Source: an uncultured Chloroflexia bacterium
GTDB lineage: Bacteria; Chloroflexota; Limnocylindria; Limnocylindrales; CSP1-4
Direction of reading: 5' to 3'
Assembly (NCBI GenBank): GCA_963782715.1
Contig: CAWAKU010000016.1
Coordinates: forward strand, 391,425 to 455,424
Length of the DNA: 64,000 nt
This document shows, piece by piece, positions 49,623 to 57,958 of this stretch (positions are counted from its first letter, which is position 1; the number at the start of each line of letters is the position of its first letter). Under the pieces are notes generated by a model. That model was not told the origin of the DNA and made no database searches. It saw only the letters and a list, made by a program, of their open reading frames with translations. Made by a program: the position numbers and the translations under genes.

Positions 49623-50435
49623 GTGCTGCGCTTCGAGTCGGTGTCCTACCGGTACGCGGGCTATGCCAAGGCCGTCCTCCACGACATCGACCTGACCCTC
49701 GGCGACGGCGAGATCGTCGGCGTCGTCGGGGCCAACGAGGCGGGCAAGTCGACGCTCTGCCTCGTCGCGTCGGGGCTCGCCCCCGGCTCGATCGGCGGCG
49801 GCCTGACTGGGACCGTCAGCATCGACGGCGCATCGATGGCCGGACGGCCCCTCCACGAGTTCGCGACCCGCGTCGGCATCGCATTCCAGAACCCGGCGAC
49901 GCAGCTGAGCGGCGTGACCGGCTCGGTCTTCGAGGAGGTCGCGCTCGGCCCGATGAACCTCGGGCTGGCGGCTCGCGACACCGTCGCACGGACCAAGGCC
50001 GCGCTCGAGACACTCGGGATCGGCGCCCTCGCCGAACGGGAACCGCGGCGGCTGTCCGGCGGCCAGGCGCAGCTCGTCGTCATCGCATCGCTCCTCGCGA
50101 TGCGACCGGCACATCTGGTGCTCGATGAGCCGACCGCCCAGCTCGACCCCGAAGGGACGCGCCTCGTCGGGCAAGCCCTGCGGGACCTCGCAGCGACCGG
50201 CACGGCGCTCCTCGTCGTCGAACACAAGGCGGATCTGCTCGACGATCTATGCGACCGGATCGCCGTCATCGACCAGGGGCGGATCGTCCTGCACGGCCCG
50301 ACCGACGTGGTCTTCGGCGACGAACGGCTCGAGGCGTGGGGTGTCGACGCGCCATCCCGGGTCCGGCTCGGGCGGCTGTTCGTCGGCCGGGGCCTCGACC
50401 CGAAGCTGCTCGCGGACCCGGGGAGCGTGGCATGA
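49623..50435 (+). CDS. ecfA1: ECF transporter ATPase component A1 (ABC ATP-binding protein)
   Basis: Walker A GANEAGKST, Q-loop, signature LSGGQAQLV, Walker B LVLDEPTAQLD, H-loop VVEHKAD. GTG start. Confidence 0.85.
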   Translation: MLRFESVSYRYAGYAKAVLHDIDLTLGDGEIVGVVGANEAGKSTLCLVASGLAPGSIGGGLTGTVSIDGASMAGRPLHEFATRVGIAFQNPATQLSGVTGSVFEEVALGPMNLGLAARDTVARTKAALETLGIGALAEREPRRLSGGQAQLVVIASLLAMRPAHLVLDEPTAQLDPEGTRLVGQALRDLAATGTALLVVEHKADLLDDLCDRIAVIDQGRIVLHGPTDVVFGDERLEAWGVDAPSRVRLGRLFVGRGLDPKLLADPGSVA

Positions 50436-51320
50436 CCACGGTCGCATTCGAATCCGTCGGCTTCATCTACCCCGACGGGACGCGGGCTCTATCCGGGCTC
50501 GACCTTGCCATCGGAGCCGGTGAATGCGTCGCCATCGTCGGTCAGAACGGCAGCGGCAAGTCGACCATGGTCCGCCACCTGGACGGGCTGCTCCGGCCGC
50601 ACGGAGGGCCGCGTCCTGCACGACGGTGTCGACATCGCCGAGGTCCGCGTCGCCGCGCTGGCGGCCCGCGTCGGGATCGTGTTCCAGAACCCGGACCGGC
50701 AGATCTTCGCGGGCAAAGTCCGGGCGGAGGTCGAGTTCGGCCCGAAGATCCTGGGGCTCTCGAGCGCCGACGCCGCGGGAGCCGCGACCGCGGCGCTCGA
50801 GGCAGTCGGCCTGGCCGACCTGGCCGATGCGAATCCGTACGACCTGGGCTATTCGAGGCGCAAGCTCCTGACCCTGGCATCCGTCCTGGCCATGGCGACC
50901 CCGGTCGTCGTCCTCGACGAGCCGACGACCGGCCAGGACGCGCGTGGCGTGGCCCGGATCCGGCAGGTCATCGCCGACCTGGATGCGGCCGGCCGCACGG
51001 TCATCCTGATCAGCCACGACATGCGCTTCGTGGCCGAGACGGTCGGCCGGATCGTCGTCATGCGCGACGGACGTGTCGTCGGCGACGGCAGCCCGGCGGA
51101 GGTGTTCGCCGAGACCAGCTGGCCGACCCTGCGGTCGACCTATCTCGAGCCACCATTCGCGGCACGGGTCGGTGCCAGGCTCGGTTTGGGATCGACGCCG
51201 ACGGAGATCGGTCCTCGTGGACGCCACGGCCGGGACACGGTCGTCCTGACGATTTTCGGGCCGTTGGACTCATGCCAGGCGCGTCCCGAAAGCGCATGGT
51301 TGTTGGCCCGAAGGAGGTCG
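50432..51320 (+). pseudogene. ecfA2: ECF transporter ATPase component A2, interrupted by a 1-nt insertion at about 50600. There is no in-frame stop before the downstream usp gene
   Basis: Walker A GQNGSGKST in frame 50432. The rest (EGRVLHDGVDIAEV...IVFQNPDRQ...LDEPTTGQD...ILISHDMRFV...EPPFAARVGARLGL) is in frame 50505. An extra C in CCGCACGGAG causes the shift. The 3' boundary is unresolved. Confidence 0.65.
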
Positions 51321-51323
51321 GTG

Positions 51324-52286
51324 ATGCGTATCCTGCTGGCCGTCGACGGATCAGCGTCGGCTGATCGTGCCCTCGATCTCGTTGCCGCGCTGCCGTGGCA
51401 CGACGGTGGTCGCGTCCGGATCGTCAGCGTCGCGCCGAGTCGCGCCGAGATCCTGGGCTTGCCATGGTCGCTGGCCGCGACGACCGATGCCATCGACACC
51501 GAAGAGGCGACGCTGCGCGTCCACCAGAACGCCCTCGACGCGGCCGAGGAGGAGCTGCGCTCGGTGCGCGGCGACCTCGTCCTGGAACCGGTCCTCCTGC
51601 GCGGCCGGACCGCGAGCCTCATCGTCGATGAGGCCCGGACGATGCCGGCCGACCTCATCGTGATCGGGCATCGCGGTCACAGCCGCTGGGAATCGGCGCT
51701 GCTCGGGTCCGTCTCGGCGGAGGTCGTGGACCACGCCCCGTGCGCCGTCCTCGTCGCCCGCGACGACCGGATGGGGCCGGTCGTGCTCGCCGATGACGGC
51801 TCGCCCAACGCGCGCGTCGCCGAGGCGATCATGACCGAATGCCCGCTCTTCGCCGGCCTGCCGATCACGGTCGTCAGCGTCGTCACGGACGCGATCTCGA
51901 ACCAGGTGGCGTCCGCGTCGCTCATCGACCCGGCGATGATGGATGCCTATAGCCTGGATCCGACGGCCGAGCAGAGGATGGTCTCGGGAGAATGCGCGGC
52001 CGCAGCGCAACGGTTGCGCGACGCCGGGCTCGATGCCGAACCCGAAGTCAGGGCGGGCGATCCGGCACACGAGATCATCGCGGTCGCCCGGGCACGCCAG
52101 GCGGGTGTGATCATCGTCGGGACGAGAGGCCAGACGGGTCTCCGTCGGCTGCTCCTGGGCAGCGTGGCGCGGAATGTCCTGCTCCATGCACCATGCTCGG
52201 TCATGGTCGTGCGGGGCGGCGTCCACGTTGCCCCGCTCGCCGACGAGGGCCACGAGGATCGGGAGCTGGTCAGCCCCGTCGGTTGA
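51324..52286 (+). CDS. Tandem universal stress protein (2x UspA domain)
   Basis: 320 aa from MRILLAVDGS, preceded by a perfect AGGAGG SD 6 nt upstream. Two Usp domains each ending with the ATP-binding G-x2-G-x9-G(S/T) motif (VIGHRGHSRWESALLGSVSAEVV and VGTRGQTGLRRLLLGSVARNVL). Confidence 0.8.
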   Translation: MRILLAVDGSASADRALDLVAALPWHDGGRVRIVSVAPSRAEILGLPWSLAATTDAIDTEEATLRVHQNALDAAEEELRSVRGDLVLEPVLLRGRTASLIVDEARTMPADLIVIGHRGHSRWESALLGSVSAEVVDHAPCAVLVARDDRMGPVVLADDGSPNARVAEAIMTECPLFAGLPITVVSVVTDAISNQVASASLIDPAMMDAYSLDPTAEQRMVSGECAAAAQRLRDAGLDAEPEVRAGDPAHEIIAVARARQAGVIIVGTRGQTGLRRLLLGSVARNVLLHAPCSVMVVRGGVHVAPLADEGHEDRELVSPVG

Positions 52287-52668
52287 CGGCGCCGGCTCCC
52301 ACGACCAGCAGCAGGAACGACGTCTCGACCACGTCGATCCCGGCGATCACGAGCGCGACCAGCAGCGGCAACGCCTCGCCCAGCAGCCAGCCGGCGGCGG
52401 CCGCGAACGCGGCGATGGCGAGGAACATCAGGCGCACGCCGCGGACCAGACCCGGAACGTCGTCCGTGCCGCTGGCGAGGCGTGCCAGGCCACGGGCCAG
52501 GAGCACGACCGCGACGGCCACGGACCCACCGACGAGCGCCGCCCGGACGATGGCCGGCGGGTGGATCAGCGGGTCGAGCAGATTCGCGTCCGAGCCCGCC
52601 AGCGTCGCGCCGACGATCGCGAGCCCGCCCAGCGCAATGGCGCCGATCGCGCCTGCCCGCGGCGTCAT
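52270..52668 (-). CDS. Small hypothetical membrane protein (4 TM)
   Basis: 132 aa from MTPRAGAIGAIALGG, hydrophobic throughout. Lies 3' of the mec gene on the same strand. Confidence 0.4.
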   Translation of the reverse strand: MTPRAGAIGAIALGGLAIVGATLAGSDANLLDPLIHPPAIVRAALVGGSVAVAVVLLARGLARLASGTDDVPGLVRGVRLMFLAIAAFAAAAGWLLGEALPLLVALVIAGIDVVETSFLLLVVGAGAVNRRG

Positions 52669-53120
52669 CGCAGGAGGTCGACCTCGTGGATCTCGCCATC
52701 GACGATCCGCCAGCCGCGAAGACCCGGCTCGCCGGTCAGCGGATCGGCCTGATCCGGGTCGAGCGTCACGAGCAGGTAGAGCGGCTCGACGTAGATCGCG
52801 GCCAGACCGATGTCGGTCGGCGAGGGAACGGCCGGCGTGTGGGTATGCGAGTGGACGATCCCCCAGAACACCTCGTCGGCCCTCTCCGCGTCGATGTCCA
52901 GCCGGAGCAGTTCGAGCGGATCGATCTCGTAGCGGAACGGTGAGGCCTTGACGTTCCGCGTCGGAGCGTAGCGCAGGGCCGCGCCACCGGCCGCAGCCGA
53001 CCCGTCGCCGATGATGACGCCGCACGATTCGTTCGGGTACTCGGCGCGCGCCTGGGCCACGATCGCCTCGCGGATCGCACCGGGGAGCACGACGGACGCT
53101 GGCCCCGGATGCGCCGTCAC
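52665..53120 (-). CDS. mec: JAMM/MPN+ metalloprotease Mec (CysO-cysteine isopeptidase)
   Basis: JAMM motif E...HSHTHTPAVPSPTD (HxHx7Sx2D). GTG start 5 nt downstream of the cysM stop. Confidence 0.8.
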   Translation of the reverse strand: MTAHPGPASVVLPGAIREAIVAQARAEYPNESCGVIIGDGSAAAGGAALRYAPTRNVKASPFRYEIDPLELLRLDIDAERADEVFWGIVHSHTHTPAVPSPTDIGLAAIYVEPLYLLVTLDPDQADPLTGEPGLRGWRIVDGEIHEVDLLR

Positions 53121-53124
53121 CGGC

Positions 53125-54150
53125 TCACCACCAGTTGACGCCACCCTCGAGGGCCTCCTCCATCTCGTCCAGGTTGGTCGAGAAGGTGCCCGCCGAGAGG
53201 TACTTCCAGCCACCGTCGGGCAGCAGCGCGACGATCGTCCCGGACGTCATCTCGGCCGCGACGCGAGCAGCCGCCACCAGCACAGCGCCGCACGACGGCC
53301 CGGCGAAGATGCCCTCGCGGAAGACGAGCTCGCGCAGCGCGGCGATCGCATCGCGGTTCGAGACGAGGTACTTGGCGTCGATGAGCGACGGATCGAGGAT
53401 CTCGGGGATGAACCCGTCGTCGAGCGAGCGCAGGCCGTCGACGAGCTCGCCGGGGAGTGGCTCGGCGGCGACGATCCGGACGCCGGGCTTCGCCTCGCGC
53501 AGGTAGCGCGACACGCCCATCAGCGTGCCGCCCGTGCCCAGGCCCGCCACGAAGACGTCGATCTCCGGGCAGTCGGCCAGGATCTCCGGGCCGGTCGTCT
53601 CGTAGTGAGCGCGCGGGTTGGCCTGGTTGCCGTACTGGTAGGGCATCACGAAACGGTCGTCCCGGCTGACGAGGAACTTGGCCAGCGCGATCGCCCCGTT
53701 GCTGCCCTGCGACCCCGGCGAGTCGATGACCTCCGCCCCGAACAGCGCGGCCATCTGACGTCGCTCGTTGGTGACGTTGTCGGGCATGACCAGCGCGACG
53801 CGGTAGCCCTTGCGCCGGCCGATCATCGCCAGCGCGATGCCGGTGTTGCCCGACGTCGGCTCGAGGATGATCGAGTCGGCGTGAAGGAGCCCGCGTTCCT
53901 CGAGATCGTCGACCAGGTACTTGGCGACGCGGTCCTTCACCGACCCGGTCGGGTTGAGCATCTCCAGCTTGGCGAAGATCCGGACCGACGGCTTGGGCGA
54001 CATCCGCGGGATCTCGACCAGCGGCGTATGCCCGATCGCCTCGAGGATGTCGCCGTAGCGACCCCCGTGCGGGGCGACGTCCTCATGGGCATGTGCATGA
54101 GCGTGCGCGTGCTCGTCTTCGGCCTCGTGGAGCCGCCGCGGGACGGCCAT
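53125..54150 (-). CDS. cysM: Cysteine synthase B-type (O-phosphoserine sulfhydrylase CysM, PLP-dependent), with His-Ala repeat N-terminal tail
   Basis: PLP lysine motif PTGSVKDR, TSGNTGIALA, GTGGT. The start is placed directly after the cysO stop, giving a 30-aa extension containing EDEHAHAHAHAHED. Confidence 0.88.
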   Translation of the reverse strand: MAVPRRLHEAEDEHAHAHAHAHEDVAPHGGRYGDILEAIGHTPLVEIPRMSPKPSVRIFAKLEMLNPTGSVKDRVAKYLVDDLEERGLLHADSIILEPTSGNTGIALAMIGRRKGYRVALVMPDNVTNERRQMAALFGAEVIDSPGSQGSNGAIALAKFLVSRDDRFVMPYQYGNQANPRAHYETTGPEILADCPEIDVFVAGLGTGGTLMGVSRYLREAKPGVRIVAAEPLPGELVDGLRSLDDGFIPEILDPSLIDAKYLVSNRDAIAALRELVFREGIFAGPSCGAVLVAAARVAAEMTSGTIVALLPDGGWKYLSAGTFSTNLDEMEEALEGGVNWW

Positions 54151-54153
54151 CGA

Positions 54154-54426
54154 TCAGCCGCCGGCCATCGCCGGGAGGAGGCGGACCTCGTCGGCAGGCG
54201 CAACGGGCGTGTCCAGCCCGGACAGGTAGCGCACGTCCTGGCCGTTGACATAGACGTTGACGAACCGGTTGAGGTCGCCGTCGTCGGTCAACAGCTGGGT
54301 GCCGAGCGACGGGTGCTGCTCGATGAGCGCGCCGACGACATCGCGGATGGAGTCGCCGTCGAGCTCGAGCGACTTGACGCCGCCGACGTTCGCGCGCAGG
54401 ACGGACGGGATGAAGACCGTGCTCAC
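54154..54426 (-). CDS. cysO: Sulfur-carrier protein CysO/ThiS/MoaD family (beta-grasp, C-terminal GG)
   Basis: About 90 aa ending ...RLLPAMAGG*. The GTG start overlaps the moeZ stop (GTGA). Confidence 0.8.
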   Translation of the reverse strand: MSTVFIPSVLRANVGGVKSLELDGDSIRDVVGALIEQHPSLGTQLLTDDGDLNRFVNVYVNGQDVRYLSGLDTPVAPADEVRLLPAMAGG

Positions 54427-55628
54427 GAGGCGCTCCCGAAGGAACCCGTCATCAGGAATGGTGCCTCGACGTTGACCCCATCGACCTGGAGCGGGACGCC
54501 GGCCGCCCGGGCTGCGACGGCCGCATCCGAGCAGACCGGGCAGTTCGGGTCGCGACGCAGCTTGAGCTCGGTGAACTCGGTCTCGAGGGCATCGAACAGG
54601 AGCAGCCGGCCGGCCAGCGTCTCGCCGATCCCGAGCAGGACCTTGAGCGCCTCGGTCGCCTGGAGCAGGCCGAGGATGCCGGGCACGACGCCGAGCACAC
54701 CGGCGACCGAGCAGCCGGGCGCAAGCTCCGGCGGCGGCGGGGTCGGGTACAGGCAGCGGTAGCACGGCCCGACGTACGGGATGAACGTGGTCAGCTGGCC
54801 CTCGAACCGGAAGACCGACGCGTGGATGACCGGGATGCCGGCCGCGACCGCCGCGTCGTTGAGGATGTAGCGCGTCTCGAAGGTGTCGGTGCCGTCGAGG
54901 ATGACGTCGTAGCCGGCGATGATCCGCTCGACGTTGGCCGCGACGAGCATCTCCTCGTGGGCGACGACCTTGATCTCCGGGTTGAGCGCATTGATCGACT
55001 TCTTGGCCGATTCGACCTTGCGCTCCCCCACCCGGTCGGTGGTGTGGACGATCTGGCGCTGGAGATTGCTGACATCGACGACATCGAAGTCGACGATGCC
55101 GATGGTGCCGACGCCCGCCGCGGCGAGGTAGAGCGAGGCCGGCGAACCGAGTCCGCCGGCGCCGATGAGCAGCGCCTTCGAGCCGAGCAGCTTCGCCTGG
55201 CCCTCCGCACCGACCTCGGGGATGAGCAGGTGGCGGCTGTAGCGCTGCTTCTGGTCGGCGGTCAGGACGACCGGCGTGTCGAACGCGAGACCGGCGCCCT
55301 TCCAGCTCTGGAACCCGCCCGACATGGAGGCGACATCGGTGTAACCCATCTCGGCGAGGGTCTGGCCGGCGAACAGCGAGCGGACGCCACCGGCGCAATA
55401 GAGGATCACCGGCGCGTCGCGGTCGGGCGCGATGCCCTCGATCTGCTGCTCGATGTAGGACTTGGAGACGTGGCGGGCGCCGGGCAGGTGGCCCTGCTCC
55501 CACTCGGACGCCTCGCGGACGTCGACGATGGTCGCGCCGCCCGCGGGGAGGGCGTCGACCTCCTGCGGGCTGACTTCTCTGATCTGCGCGCGCGCCTCGC
55601 GAAGGAGGTCGGCATAGGACTTCGGCAT
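54423..55628 (-). CDS. moeZ: Sulfur-carrier adenylyltransferase/sulfurtransferase MoeZ-like, with an N-terminal rhodanese domain followed by the ThiF/MoeB E1 domain
   Basis: Rhodanese active site PVILYCAGGVRS at residues about 80-90. E1 domain follows with YSRHLLIPEVGAEGQAKLLGSKALLIGAGGLGSP and Zn site CYRC...CPVC. Confidence 0.85.
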   Translation of the reverse strand: MPKSYADLLREARAQIREVSPQEVDALPAGGATIVDVREASEWEQGHLPGARHVSKSYIEQQIEGIAPDRDAPVILYCAGGVRSLFAGQTLAEMGYTDVASMSGGFQSWKGAGLAFDTPVVLTADQKQRYSRHLLIPEVGAEGQAKLLGSKALLIGAGGLGSPASLYLAAAGVGTIGIVDFDVVDVSNLQRQIVHTTDRVGERKVESAKKSINALNPEIKVVAHEEMLVAANVERIIAGYDVILDGTDTFETRYILNDAAVAAGIPVIHASVFRFEGQLTTFIPYVGPCYRCLYPTPPPPELAPGCSVAGVLGVVPGILGLLQATEALKVLLGIGETLAGRLLLFDALETEFTELKLRRDPNCPVCSDAAVAARAAGVPLQVDGVNVEAPFLMTGSFGSAS

Positions 55629-55792
55629 GGGTGGATGGGCTCCGGTGTTCGACGGGCTGGTCGCCGGGAGTGGCGCCAGGGCGGTGGAAGAGTGGTCGGT
55701 GGATGGCCGCGGACGGTCCGCGACGGCGACGAGCCGGCGTCAGGCCGGCGGCAGACACCTGCAGCGGCGCTCGTTCCGCAGCGTGATGGTCG

Positions 55793-56188
55793 TCATGCCT
55801 CGACCTCCGCCGCCGGCGCGACACCGAGGTCGCCCAGCACGTGCTGGAGGCTGTCGTGGCTGAGCATCGCGCACTTGAGGCGCGCGGGGCTGATCTCGAT
55901 ACCCAACAGTTCGAGCAGGTCGTCCGCGCGGATGGCCGAGACCTCGTCCACGGTCTTGCCCTTGATCTCGTCGGTCAGCAGGCTCGCGCTGGCCTGGCTG
56001 ATGGCACAGCCGCGACCGGTGAATGCGACGCGATCGACCACGCCGTCGGTCACCCCGAGCATCAGCGTGATGCGGTCGCCGCACAGCGGATTGGCGCCCT
56101 CGTACGAGGCGTCGGCGTTCTCGATGACCCCGAAGTTGTGGGGCCGCCGGTAGTGCTCGAGGATGTAGTCGCGGTAGAGGTCGTCCAT
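55793..56188 (-). CDS. sufU: SufU/IscU-type Fe-S cluster assembly scaffold (NifU N-terminal domain)
   Basis: 131 aa from MDDLYRDYILEHYRRPHNFG, with NPLCGD, GRGCAIS and LKCAMLS cysteine motifs. Confidence 0.8.
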   Translation of the reverse strand: MDDLYRDYILEHYRRPHNFGVIENADASYEGANPLCGDRITLMLGVTDGVVDRVAFTGRGCAISQASASLLTDEIKGKTVDEVSAIRADDLLELLGIEISPARLKCAMLSHDSLQHVLGDLGVAPAAEVEA

Positions 56189-56219
56189 GCTCCTTGGAGT
56201 GTAGCGCGATGATGCAATT

Positions 56220-56255
56220 CCGACCACAACGGTCGGGATTATCCGGCACGATAAT
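56220..56255. promoter_or_regulatory. Two adjacent palindromes in the sufU-paiB divergent intergenic region, including a GATAAT -10-like hexamer 7 nt before the paiB ATG
   Basis: CCGACC-ACAAC-GGTCGG and ATTATC-CGGCAC-GATAAT perfect inverted repeats. The AT-rich island stands out against roughly 70% GC background. Confidence 0.35.
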
Positions 56256-56261
56256 GGCCGC

Positions 56262-56900
56262 ATGTACGTCCCCGCTCATTTCAAGCCCGACGATGCCGAG
56301 GTCCTGACGCTCCTTGGGTCGGGCCGGGCCGCGAACCTGATCACAGCGACCGACGGCGGGCTGATGGCCACGATGCTGCCGCTGGTGTGGGACGTACCTG
56401 CGGTGCGGCCCGATCTAGGCCCGTGGGGCGCGCTGCTGGGGCATGTCGCACGCAACAACGCCCAGTGGAAGACGCCAGTGATCGGCGAGGCGATGGTCAT
56501 CCTCGCCGGGCCGGACGCCTACATCTCGCCGGCCTGGTACGCCACGAAGCGCGAGCACGGCCGGGTGGTCCCGACCTGGAACTACATCACCGTCCACGCA
56601 TACGGCCGGCTGGTCATCCACGACGACCCGGCCTGGGTCGAGGCGAACGTGCGGCGGCTGACGGGGCTGCACGAGGCCGCCCGCGCCGAGCCATGGTCCG
56701 TCGATGACGCTCCCGAGCCCTACATCGAGGGCCAGCTGCGGGCGATCGTCGGCGTCGAGATCCTCATCGACCGGGTCGAGGGCAAGTGGAAGCTCAGCCA
56801 GAACCGCTCGGACGCGGACATCGCGGGAACGATCGACGGCCTGGAGGCGACCGGTGAGCGGGACGTGTCCGCGGCGATGCGCGACCTCGGTCGAAGCTGA
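56262..56900 (+). CDS. paiB: PaiB-family FMN-binding transcriptional regulator
   Basis: MYVPAHFKPDD...NAQWK...YISPAWYATK...VPTWNYITVHAYG matches the PaiB/negative transcriptional regulator family. Confidence 0.8.
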   Translation: MYVPAHFKPDDAEVLTLLGSGRAANLITATDGGLMATMLPLVWDVPAVRPDLGPWGALLGHVARNNAQWKTPVIGEAMVILAGPDAYISPAWYATKREHGRVVPTWNYITVHAYGRLVIHDDPAWVEANVRRLTGLHEAARAEPWSVDDAPEPYIEGQLRAIVGVEILIDRVEGKWKLSQNRSDADIAGTIDGLEATGERDVSAAMRDLGRS

Positions 56901-56942
56901 ATCGCACCCTGATGACAGCTTTGCAGCACACGACGTGCTGCT

Positions 56943-57215
56943 ATGATGCGTCCGATGAGAACCACCGTGACACTCGACCCGGACCTCGCCGTTCGCCTCA
57001 GAGATCTGGCGCGGCAGCGTCGGATCTCCTTTCGATCGGCGATCAACGAAACGATCAGGACAGGTCTGGCGGCCGACATCGAGGCGAAGCGCCCCTATCG
57101 CGAGAAGAGCCGCGATCTTGGCGTCCAGCCCGGTCTCGACCTGACGAAAGCTCTCCGACTCGCTGCGACGCTCGAGGATGAGGCGACGACCCAGAAGCTC
57201 GCGCTGCGAAAGTGA
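56943..57215 (+). CDS. vapB: Type II antitoxin VapB (ribbon-helix-helix)
   Basis: MRTTVTLDPDLAVRLRDLARQRRISFRSAINETIR RHH fold. The stop overlaps the vapC start. Confidence 0.7.
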   Translation: MMRPMRTTVTLDPDLAVRLRDLARQRRISFRSAINETIRTGLAADIEAKRPYREKSRDLGVQPGLDLTKALRLAATLEDEATTQKLALRK

Positions 57216-57640
57216 AGGTCCCTGATCTCAATCTTCTGATCTACGCGGTCGACCGCCGATCGACCTCGCACAAGGCTGCGGTCGCATGGTGGAACGGTCT
57301 CCTGTCGGGCAACGAAACGGTCGGCTTCAGTTGGACCGTGCTGCTTGGTTTCATCCGCCTGACCACGAATCCGAGTGTGGTGCGGGAGCCACTCAGCGCT
57401 GACGAGGCCCTGGACTACGTCGATCGCTGGCTGGCCCAGCCGATCACCACCGTGATCGAGCCGACCGCTCGCCACTCGGCCGTGCTGCGCGACCTGCTCG
57501 ATCCGGTGGGCGCGGGCGGGAATCTCGTGTCCGACGCGCACTTGGCAGCCCTGGCCATCGAGCATGGCGCCGAGCTGTGCTCAGCGGACCGCGACTTCGG
57601 TCGCTTTCCTGGCCTGCGCTGGACGAACCCGCTCGGCTAG
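57212..57640 (+). CDS. vapC: Type II toxin VapC (PIN-domain ribonuclease)
   Basis: GTG start (VKVPDLNLLIYAVD with the first acidic PIN residue) and SDAHLAALAIEHGAELCSADRDF (distal Asp residues). Confidence 0.8.
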   Translation: MKVPDLNLLIYAVDRRSTSHKAAVAWWNGLLSGNETVGFSWTVLLGFIRLTTNPSVVREPLSADEALDYVDRWLAQPITTVIEPTARHSAVLRDLLDPVGAGGNLVSDAHLAALAIEHGAELCSADRDFGRFPGLRWTNPLG

Positions 57641-57958
57641 GATGCGGCGCCCTCGCGTGCGGAGTCGGGTGCGACAGCCGTTGACGAGGACCCGGGTCAG
57701 CCAGGCGTCGAAGCGCTCGGGTTCACGCAGCCCGTGCAGCTTCGACCAAGCTGCGATGCAGGCGTCCTGCGTCGAGTCGCGGGCCTCGGACTCGTCACCG
57801 AGGATTGCCCAGGCCGTGCGGAAAAGGCCATCGAGGCGCTCACGGACGAGGACTTCGAACGCCGCCTCATCACCGCCTCGCGCCCGCTCGACGAGCGCCG
57901 AGACCGACGACAGCGACGAGCCCGTCGAGGTGGCGTCGAGCGCCATCGGTTCCATCAT
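57581..57958 (-). CDS. Truncated ECF sigma-factor paralog (sigma2 region only; lacks the sigma4 DNA-binding region)
   Basis: 125 aa, about 75% identical to the first ~110 residues of the full ECF sigma at 59621..60208 (ALVERARGGDEAAFEVLVRERLDGLFRTAWAILGDESEARDSTQDACIAAW...FDAWLTRVLVNGCRTRLR). Has its own GGAGG SD. The 3' end overlaps vapC. Confidence 0.5.
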   Translation of the reverse strand: MMEPMALDATSTGSSLSSVSALVERARGGDEAAFEVLVRERLDGLFRTAWAILGDESEARDSTQDACIAAWSKLHGLREPERFDAWLTRVLVNGCRTRLRTRGRRILAERVRPAQARKATEVAVR

